A stretch of DNA of 64,000 nt from assembly GCA_021163775.1 (NCBI GenBank), contig JAGGTI010000105.1:354-64353 (forward strand), read 5' to 3'. The notes below the pieces were generated by a model. That model saw nothing but the letters and a program-made list of their open reading frames with translations, made no database searches and was not told where the DNA came from. Below are positions 57,029 through 64,000 of this stretch, piece by piece (the first letter of the stretch is position 1; the number at the start of each line of letters is the position of its first letter). The translations under genes and the position numbers were made by a program. This DNA comes from Candidatus Zixiibacteriota bacterium (GTDB taxonomy: Bacteria > Zixibacteria > MSB-5A5 > GN15 > FEB-12).

Positions 57029-58591
57029 CTAACCCGACACATGGAAAGCCTCGGCAAAACCGGGCCACCCGAACGCCGTTGTGAGCATACCCACAATAGC
57101 AATAATCACAATCGCCGCTTTAGCCCAATCCTGAGCTTTGAGCGAACCAAGTAGAATCGGCTCACGTCCCAGGTAGGCGGAGGCGGCGTATAACTCTTCA
57201 CCAATAAGCGTGTAATCACACGCCACGATGAAAAACGGAATCTGGGCAATTTCATCGGTGCCAGCGATCTGGATTGATCCGGCCAACGCGCCAGTCTCTG
57301 CCAAAAGCAGTGACTCGGCAAAAAACTTACCCATATATATATTGGTGGCTGGCAGTTCGCGAAGCATGGTTCCGTTCACCGCGGCCACGTAGGCAAACTG
57401 CAGATTGGTAACAAAGTGAACCGCATCTTCATCGTAATCATCCGGACGACCAGCGTCCAGATAAGATGATTTTACCACTTCCTGAGCTACGGCCATAACG
57501 ATCGGATCATAACACGGAACAATGATCGGCGTTTGATACTCGGCCACTTTCTTTGCCACTCGACCCAATATGGTAAACGACGCGATAGTTGCCACCATAT
57601 CGGCAGAACCCAGCCCAAGAACGTACAAGATGGGACGTCCCATTTCGGTAGCACGACCTATGGCATCATCGACAGCCTCAATACCGGCTAATGGTCGGAC
57701 ATACAACTCCTTGCCCTTCTTGGCCACCTGAACAAACAACACCGTGAGTACAAAGAATACCAGCACGAAGATCAGGACCGGAATCTTGCCAGTGTGAAAC
57801 CACTGACCTGAACTATGCACCGGACCAACTAGGATCGCTTCGGAGCGTAGCGTAGTATCAGCGGACACCGCTTCTACCCGGTAATACAAATCAGTGTAGT
57901 CGGGGAAGAAATCAGGCGCAGTGAAATCCTTGGATCCGGAGTTCTCATAGCTGGTGTTGCCAGCCACAACCGCTCCAAGGTATTCCCAGTCTCCGTCGTT
58001 CGGATACTGGTTGTGAGCCTCGGGTAATTGCGCGAGTGCTTCCTCAAATCGAATCTGGAGCGGTTCCAAACCGTCCTTGATTTCCGGCAACCGGGCGGTC
58101 ATCACAGCAATCGTGTCCTGCAGAGCCGTGATAGCATAGTCGGTGGTCAGCACAAACGCACTGTCGTCTGCCGGAATCGATACTTCAAACCGAATCGACT
58201 CAAGCTTGCCGGGGTCTTCCCGCAGTTCATTAAGCGCATGTTCAGCTCTGGGGATATCCGACCGGAACGCCCGCATAGTCGATCGAGCGTTGGACCGCTC
58301 ACCACGCAGTGAGTCAACTTGATCCATCAAAGATGGGAACCAGCGGAATATCTGGTACGACAGGACATTATTCTGTCCCTTACCATCATCGACAGAAAGA
58401 TCCCAAGTCAAAGTTATAGAATGACCGTGATCGTTATCGGTATCGACCGCCTGCAAGTTGGTGACCGGAGCCGGTGGTGGCTGAACCGGGGTAACACCCG
58501 CCGAGTCAACCAAAACCGAATCGGTTTGCGCCAGAGCCGTTGCGCCGACGCATAGCGACAGCACAGCAACAAAAGTAATAATACTTCTCAT
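57029..58591 (-). CDS. Module subunit C, paralogue 2 (signal peptide, FN3-like ectodomain with insertion, TM helix, conserved ~240-aa C-terminal core).
   Basis: 520 aa. Contains AGIEAVDDAIGRATEMGRPILY, YVAAVNG, FFAESLLLAETG and PFFIVACDYTLIGEELYAASAYL, shared with 61035..62318. Confidence 0.8.
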   Translation of the reverse strand: MRSIITFVAVLSLCVGATALAQTDSVLVDSAGVTPVQPPPAPVTNLQAVDTDNDHGHSITLTWDLSVDDGKGQNNVLSYQIFRWFPSLMDQVDSLRGERSNARSTMRAFRSDIPRAEHALNELREDPGKLESIRFEVSIPADDSAFVLTTDYAITALQDTIAVMTARLPEIKDGLEPLQIRFEEALAQLPEAHNQYPNDGDWEYLGAVVAGNTSYENSGSKDFTAPDFFPDYTDLYYRVEAVSADTTLRSEAILVGPVHSSGQWFHTGKIPVLIFVLVFFVLTVLFVQVAKKGKELYVRPLAGIEAVDDAIGRATEMGRPILYVLGLGSADMVATIASFTILGRVAKKVAEYQTPIIVPCYDPIVMAVAQEVVKSSYLDAGRPDDYDEDAVHFVTNLQFAYVAAVNGTMLRELPATNIYMGKFFAESLLLAETGALAGSIQIAGTDEIAQIPFFIVACDYTLIGEELYAASAYLGREPILLGSLKAQDWAKAAIVIIAIVGMLTTAFGWPGFAEAFHVSG

Positions 58592-58618
58592 ATGGCAACC
58601 TTTACCAAAGAGGAAAAA

Positions 58619-59452
58619 CTAACTAATTATTCCTAACCAATCTTTAAACAGAAATGTCAGACGCCCCACCAGGAGAGAAATACGACCCATTACGGTGTAA
58701 CCAAACGAAGCGCCAAATGTAATCATCAATATCCAAATACCGACCCGAGAAGCCTTACCAAACAGACCGGTGTGTTCTTTTGAGAAGAAAAAATAGATCA
58801 ACCCGCAGACAACCCCAAGGAAAATGACCAAATTGGAAAACATCGCAACAAATTGACCGTCAGCGGCGAGTGAGAAGTTGGCAAAGAAATGGCCGAAGCC
58901 ATGCCAATCAACCAGAAGCGGCACAAAAGTAGAAGAAATCTGGCTCATGAAATCTGACCGCAGGTAACGAACCAGATTCAGCCCGGCAAAAGTGCCGACG
59001 ATAAACGCCAGCGGCCAGCGTGACAACCAGCCTACTTTGGGCACCAGACGGAACAGGAGGAAGGCTCCCAGAATGATCGGGATGAAATACAACAGAGGAT
59101 ACGGCAGGGTCAGGAAACCAAAATCAAGTTCGCCGCCCAAATAAGGCACTCCAAACGCCTCCGAAAGTCCCTCGGATAAGCGTGGTACCAAATTACCGAC
59201 AATAGTTGACCAAAAGCCGACACACATCCAGTAAGCCGCCGACACGCCGACGAACAAGTGCTCCGCAAATTTGTAATACGCGTTGTCCTTATACATAAAG
59301 GACATAATTGCCAGCGTCAGGAACGAGGCCAGTGTCACAAGAAAAGCGTCTTGGATCGCATTGTCGCCGTCGATAGTACCCGCCTTGAGTACCCAACTCA
59401 GAACAAAGATGAGACACACCACCGCAAATACGATCAAACTGGTTCGCTTCAT
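58619..59452 (-). CDS. Module subunit B, paralogue 2.
   Basis: 277 aa with the family B motifs (SFMYKDNAYYKFAE, RWPLAFIVG, LIYFFFSKEHTGLFG). It has an extra N-terminal TM helix and an ATGA overlap with the preceding A gene. Confidence 0.8.
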   Translation of the reverse strand: MKRTSLIVFAVVCLIFVLSWVLKAGTIDGDNAIQDAFLVTLASFLTLAIMSFMYKDNAYYKFAEHLFVGVSAAYWMCVGFWSTIVGNLVPRLSEGLSEAFGVPYLGGELDFGFLTLPYPLLYFIPIILGAFLLFRLVPKVGWLSRWPLAFIVGTFAGLNLVRYLRSDFMSQISSTFVPLLVDWHGFGHFFANFSLAADGQFVAMFSNLVIFLGVVCGLIYFFFSKEHTGLFGKASRVGIWILMITFGASFGYTVMGRISLLVGRLTFLFKDWLGIIS

Positions 59453-60393
59453 GACTGGCCTTCCTTCCTCCGGGCCAGGAAGAACAAGACATTGCCTATC
59501 ACGATAAACGCCATAATAACGATGTGAGCTACTGTCTGCGGACCCATCATAACCATCGCCGGCGTCGGCATGTCGCGGTACTGCTCATAGTTGTCGCGGA
59601 AGTGGCTTTCATATTCGGACGCGCCTTTGACGCCACCAAGCAGACCAACCAGTTGGCGCGGATAGTAGGGGTACAACTGCGGTGCCACCACAGCCGCCAC
59701 TCCGGCCCCTATCGGAACGCCGGTCGGATCACCCACAAACAGCACCCATTCTTTCAGACCGGGACGGCCGCCACCCAGCGAGATTATCAGATCAAAGTCC
59801 CCACAGGAGCGAACCCCTCGGAGAATCGGAATGCTGTCAAACGGAATCGAGTTGGCATCAGTAGGGAACATTTTCTTGAAATCGGTGCGGATAACGTTGA
59901 GCACGCCCTCGTTCCCTGCCTTGTAACCCATGTTGACCCAGTCGACACCTTCCACCAGGTTAGGAAAATCAGTTTTAATTACGTCATTCATGGTGATATT
60001 AAACTGCGCCTGCCCGGTAGCCCAGAGAGTCATGCAAATCGCTTGATGTTTTTTGGCAAGCACATGGCGCGTGATCACATCAGCCATCGGCTGTACTTCG
60101 GGTGACATCGGCGGATCAAAATCAAATGACAGTAGTACTCGTGATCCCTCGGGGAGTTCATCAATGGCATCGAAAAGCGCTCTCACGATCGGCGTCGGTT
60201 TTGCCTTAAACGTCACGGGCATAAGCAGTGGCGCCGCCACCGAAACCAGAATAAAGGCAAAGATCACCCTGCGATCTACTTCCTGGCCTTTCAGGGCACG
60301 AAGCAACAGCCAGACAAGACCTGCGGCAATAAGCGCCAGAACGATTATGGGACCGATATTACCCACTGTCTTTACCCAGGTAAGTGCGTTCAA
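59449..60393 (-). CDS. Module subunit A, paralogue 2.
   Basis: 314 aa with the family A motifs (FDFDPPMSPEVQPM, GLLGGVKGASEYE, AHIVIMAFIVIGNV plus RRKEGQS). Overlaps the upstream D gene by 35 nt. Confidence 0.8.
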   Translation of the reverse strand: MNALTWVKTVGNIGPIIVLALIAAGLVWLLLRALKGQEVDRRVIFAFILVSVAAPLLMPVTFKAKPTPIVRALFDAIDELPEGSRVLLSFDFDPPMSPEVQPMADVITRHVLAKKHQAICMTLWATGQAQFNITMNDVIKTDFPNLVEGVDWVNMGYKAGNEGVLNVIRTDFKKMFPTDANSIPFDSIPILRGVRSCGDFDLIISLGGGRPGLKEWVLFVGDPTGVPIGAGVAAVVAPQLYPYYPRQLVGLLGGVKGASEYESHFRDNYEQYRDMPTPAMVMMGPQTVAHIVIMAFIVIGNVLFFLARRKEGQS

Positions 60394-61030
60394 TACCCAG
60401 AATTAACCGTAGCGACATAGACACCACGCCGAGTCCAATGCCAATCATGATAGCACGCTGTCCCGCAAGATTTGGTGAACTCATAATCCAGACCGCTAAG
60501 TTGGGAATCTCCAGAATAGACATTCCTTCCGGCATCCAATTGGTGAGCATCTGGCCAATCGGCGTACTACCAAGTAGGATAATGAAAGCGGCGATGAGCA
60601 ATACGGTCGCTTCGCGATTCTTGGCCCGAAAAGCTCGATAAGAAGCCGAAGCTACAAAAAACGCCAACAGGGCGTACATGGTACTCCCCAGCGGAAGATG
60701 CACATTGTAATAGAGAGTTGAGAACAGGCCTTCGCGGGTGATATCCGAAGTTATACTCTCGGCGCCGATCTTGCCCAATCCAGCCACTAACATAACAAGG
60801 AATCCGACCAAGGTGACAATCGAGAAACCCCAATCTTTCTTGCGCTTGATAAGCTTGTCAATATGAACACGCATCAGGTTGCCGCCACCTAAGAAAAAGG
60901 CAAAGACAGCAATAATATCAAAAAACAGCGTGAAGTCTTCACCCAACGGCTCAAATGGCGGACTGAAAAATGACAGAATCGCCAGGAAACCGACAGAAAT
61001 TGTTATGATGAGGGGTATTTCTCGTCTCAT
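60359..61030 (-). CDS. Module subunit D, paralogue 1.
   Basis: 223 aa with the family D motifs (RVHIDK, LLAFFVASASYRAFRA, PNLAGQRAIMIGIGLG, ILGIERTYLG). Confidence 0.8.
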   Translation of the reverse strand: MRREIPLIITISVGFLAILSFFSPPFEPLGEDFTLFFDIIAVFAFFLGGGNLMRVHIDKLIKRKKDWGFSIVTLVGFLVMLVAGLGKIGAESITSDITREGLFSTLYYNVHLPLGSTMYALLAFFVASASYRAFRAKNREATVLLIAAFIILLGSTPIGQMLTNWMPEGMSILEIPNLAVWIMSSPNLAGQRAIMIGIGLGVVSMSLRLILGIERTYLGKDSG

Positions 61031-61034
61031 GCTG

Positions 61035-62318
61035 TCAATCCGTTACGACAAACCAACTCCTGATCAATTCCGTAGCACTGCTCATCCACTCCGCGCCAGT
61101 GAGGGTCGCAAGCGTGGTCAACGTCACACCAATAATGATCGCCGCCATAGCAATCCCTTTGCCCACATCCTGACCCTTGAGAGATCCTAACGCCTTGGGC
61201 TCATCCGAAAGATAGGCCGAGGCCGCAAACAGTTCTTCACCGATCAAGGTGAAATCACAGGCGGCAATAAAGAACGGCAATTGCGCCGGTCGTGCTGTCC
61301 CGGCAATCTGAATAGCGCCAACCGAGTTGCCCGTTTCGGCTAAGATCAATGATTCGGCAAAGAACGCACCTAAGAGAAAAACCGTCGCCGGCTTTTCACG
61401 CACCATAATACCATTAACCGCCGCCACATACCCAAACTGTTCGTCGGTAATATAACTGACCATGTCGTCGGTGTAAGCATCCGGCCGACCTGCGGTCTGA
61501 TATCCGGCTTTGATCGTCTCACGTGCCGCGGTCATCACCAACGAACGCGCTACCGGCATGCGGATTTTAATATCGTAATTGGCCACTTGCTCGGCCACGT
61601 GTCCCAATATCGTCAATGAAGCCAGCGTCTGGACATCATCCATATCATTAATACCGGGGATATACAGAATCGGGCGGCCCATTTCGGTCGCACGTCCGAT
61701 AGCCTCGTCAACAGCTTCCAGCCCGGCGATCTTCCGTACAAACAGCTTGCGGCCCTTTGTAGCCGTCTTGATGAAAACCATCACCGCCCCACAGACCACT
61801 ATGGTCATAACCATCAGATTCAACCAGTTCCACTTCAGCCACTCCTGTTCCGGGGTGATGGCCGCCGTGACGACCGATTGGGCCGAGGCGTCTTCAGCTA
61901 AAGCTAACACATAGAATTGATACGAGCTGTCACGATGGAGTTCCTCGACCCTGAAAGTTGAGACTTCTGGTAATAGTTCGGCAATACGGTGGGGTTCCCC
62001 GTTGTTACATATCTGATATACTTCATATGCGGTCACCCGACCGGTTACAGGGATATCATCGATTGATGGTACCCAGGTAAGCATAAGTTTGTCGCCATCA
62101 TCGTATTTGAAATCCTGAGCCAGCAGTGATGTCACCGGTGCCAGCGGCGTTGTCGCCGTGGTATCGACAACTTCGGTTTCACCCTGAGCCAGAGATGCGG
62201 AGTTAGTCAGGAATAGAAAAAAGAAAACAAGTGGGATCAACAAACAAGAACACAGGACCGGCGGTCTCGCGCCCGTTGTCGATCGGCGGGGTGACACTAT
62301 TGAATCAGCCCTAACCAA
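61035..62318 (-). CDS. Module subunit C, paralogue 1.
   Basis: 427 aa with a signal-like N-terminus, an FN3-like ectodomain (VTSLLAQDFKYDDGDKLMLTWVPS...TAYEVYQ...YQFYVLA), a TM helix and the conserved core AGLEAVDEAIGRATEMGRPILY. An alternative GTG start at 62297 overlaps the B1 stop as TAGTG. Confidence 0.8.
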   Translation of the reverse strand: MVRADSIVSPRRSTTGARPPVLCSCLLIPLVFFFLFLTNSASLAQGETEVVDTTATTPLAPVTSLLAQDFKYDDGDKLMLTWVPSIDDIPVTGRVTAYEVYQICNNGEPHRIAELLPEVSTFRVEELHRDSSYQFYVLALAEDASAQSVVTAAITPEQEWLKWNWLNLMVMTIVVCGAVMVFIKTATKGRKLFVRKIAGLEAVDEAIGRATEMGRPILYIPGINDMDDVQTLASLTILGHVAEQVANYDIKIRMPVARSLVMTAARETIKAGYQTAGRPDAYTDDMVSYITDEQFGYVAAVNGIMVREKPATVFLLGAFFAESLILAETGNSVGAIQIAGTARPAQLPFFIAACDFTLIGEELFAASAYLSDEPKALGSLKGQDVGKGIAMAAIIIGVTLTTLATLTGAEWMSSATELIRSWFVVTD

Positions 62319-62938
62319 TCCCGGAAGATAAAGTCAACGCGCCCAATCAACAGCGACATACGACTCATGACAGTGTAGCCGAACATCGCTCCGAAAGTAA
62401 TCATCAGGCCCCAGATACCTACACGAGCCGTAGCTCCAAAGGCACCCTTATGTTCCTTGGAGAAGAAGAAATAAATCAGGCCGGTAAAAGTTCCGACAAT
62501 AATGATCAAGTTACCTATAATTTCGCCAAACGACGCCCCGAAGCCCTCACCGAACAGTGGCATTATGGTTGATTGCACCTGCGACATGGCATTCGATGTT
62601 AGGTAGTTCATCATCCACAGACCGGAAGTAGCTCCGACGATGAAAGCCAGAGGCCATCGAGCAATCCATCCGATTTTGGGAACCAATCGCATCAGCATCA
62701 TCAGCCCAAGTATGGCTCCGATCCAGAGCATAGGCTCTTCTCCACGACCCACCCAGAACTTGCCGTAAAAATTATCGAAGAAAAGTACCACAACCCAATA
62801 ACCAGCTGAAATACCGATAAACACAGCTTCAGTAAACTTATACCAGGGATTATCCCTATAAAGGAATGAGTAAATTCCCAAGGTTAGAAAGGCGGCTACC
62901 CAAACTCCAAAATGTCCCCAAAAGGTAAGGTGTTCCAT
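62297..62938 (-). CDS. Module subunit B, paralogue 1.
   Basis: 213 aa, the shortest B, with the family B motifs (SFLYRDNPWYKFTE, RWPLAFIVG, LIYFFFSKEHKGAFG). Confidence 0.8.
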   Translation of the reverse strand: MEHLTFWGHFGVWVAAFLTLGIYSFLYRDNPWYKFTEAVFIGISAGYWVVVLFFDNFYGKFWVGRGEEPMLWIGAILGLMMLMRLVPKIGWIARWPLAFIVGATSGLWMMNYLTSNAMSQVQSTIMPLFGEGFGASFGEIIGNLIIIVGTFTGLIYFFFSKEHKGAFGATARVGIWGLMITFGAMFGYTVMSRMSLLIGRVDFIFRDWLGLIQ

Positions 62939-62955
62939 TCTTTGCCTACTCCAAC

Positions 62956-63981
62956 CTACTCACCCTTGAGCTTTGACTTGCGGCCGCCCCGGAAGTACGC
63001 GACGTTACCGATAATAATGAACGCGATCACAATAACATGGGCAAAAGACTGCGATAACATAAACAGCGTAGCCTTGCCCTTCAAGTTGGTCAGTTTCTCT
63101 ATCTCCGCCGCGCCGCTCATGCCGCCCATCAGTCCAACCAGCTGACCGGGTTTTTCCAAAGTACCCATGTAAGGATAAACTGTGGGAGCCTGCACCGCCG
63201 TATTACCAGCACCCAATTTTATTCCAAACCGATCAACCCCCACCTGAACCCATTCGACAGTACCGGGAAAACCGGCAGACAGATTAACCGAATAATCTAT
63301 ATTAGAAAAGTTTTTAACATTCTTAATAATGGGTAAATCCTGGTAAGGTGTCCCGCGAAAATCTGATTTGAACATAGACTCAAAACTGGAGCCCATCCGT
63401 TGGATAACAAACTCCCCGCCCGCCTGGTAGCCCAAGTTGACAAAGTCTTCTCCGTAGACAACATCCTGCTCAGTTAAACCCATCCGAGACATTACGCTAT
63501 CTAACGCCATTGTCGCCTGTTGCGGTCCCATCGGCCAAAGCCCCAGGACAATCATATCTAAATCGCGCTCGATACACTCACCAAGGATAGCTTCGGCCAT
63601 CGGTTGTAACTCTGGAGCCGAGGCCGGATCATAGTCAAAAGAAATCAGAACTTTAGAACCAGGCTGGAGATCCACAAGACCTTGATAGACCCCGCGCACC
63701 TCATCGGAAACCTTGATAGGCTGATCAATAGACATAAATAGCGGCAACGACAGCGCTACGCCGATATAAAGGAAGACTATTCGGCGACCAACCAGCTTGT
63801 CTTGCAAAGTACGAATAAGTATCCACACCAGCGACAATGCCAGCAAAATCATGATAACGAGCGATACCGATGACGAGAAAACAAAACCATGATGCCAACC
63901 GTTAATTTTACCAACATAGGCCCAGACTGAAGAAATAACCAGCAGAGCTAAAACAATCATTTCAATTGTTCGAGTTTTCAT
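62956..63981 (-). CDS. Module subunit A, paralogue 1.
   Basis: 341 aa with the family A motifs (FDYDPASAPELQPM, GLMGGMSGAAEIE, AHVIVIAFIIIGNV plus a basic tail). It has extra N-terminal TM helices, and GGAGG lies 9 nt upstream of the ATG. Confidence 0.8.
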   Translation of the reverse strand: MKTRTIEMIVLALLVISSVWAYVGKINGWHHGFVFSSSVSLVIMILLALSLVWILIRTLQDKLVGRRIVFLYIGVALSLPLFMSIDQPIKVSDEVRGVYQGLVDLQPGSKVLISFDYDPASAPELQPMAEAILGECIERDLDMIVLGLWPMGPQQATMALDSVMSRMGLTEQDVVYGEDFVNLGYQAGGEFVIQRMGSSFESMFKSDFRGTPYQDLPIIKNVKNFSNIDYSVNLSAGFPGTVEWVQVGVDRFGIKLGAGNTAVQAPTVYPYMGTLEKPGQLVGLMGGMSGAAEIEKLTNLKGKATLFMLSQSFAHVIVIAFIIIGNVAYFRGGRKSKLKGE

Positions 63982-64000
63982 AACTTAATCGCCTCCACCC

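Noticed and set aside
59524-60105. 193-aa plus-strand ORF inside module gene A2.
   Set aside because: It is antisense. The minus-strand frame is supported by conservation with two paralogues.
1-64000. Mobile elements, prophage, defence islands and toxin-antitoxin pairs.
   Set aside because: I scanned all ORFs of 60 aa or longer. I saw no transposase, integrase, recombinase, restriction/modification, Cas, abortive-infection or toxin-like signatures. No tRNA-like cloverleaf candidates were noticed in the intergenic gaps.

Overview
This is a gene-dense 64-kb chromosomal segment of a diderm bacterium. BamA-Skp-LpxD, Lgt, DsbD and a T9SS-type C-terminal sorting domain point to an uncultivated FCB-group-like lineage, but that placement is inference only. 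I saw no rRNA, tRNA, CRISPR array, transposase, integrase or phage genes. Most of the window is housekeeping: pabB-pabC, dsbD, trxA, dtd, maf, a rodZ-like gene, smc-ftsY, yjbQ, rlmH, uvrB, rplU, bamA-skp-lpxD, ssb, nadE, rsmI, lgt, nadA, gltX, an ADP-forming acyl-CoA synthetase and ppdK. Three things stand out. (1) From 54.4 kb to the window edge at 64.0 kb, ten tightly packed minus-strand genes form a tandem array of a four-gene, all-membrane-protein module in the order C-D-A-B. There are two complete copies, and a third is cut by the window edge. I cannot assign any of the four protein families to a characterised family, so this is my best candidate for an undescribed envelope system. (2) A 9.35-kb gene encodes a 3117-aa Cys-rich modular surface protein with cohesin-like, dockerin-like and T9SS sorting domains. 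It contains a near-identical 277-nt internal duplication exactly 3567 nt apart. (3) GC-rich REP-like hairpin elements cluster in three intergenic loci, and a ~90-nt direct repeat lies at the window start. All functional calls come from reading the translated ORFs and motifs by eye; no database search was run.
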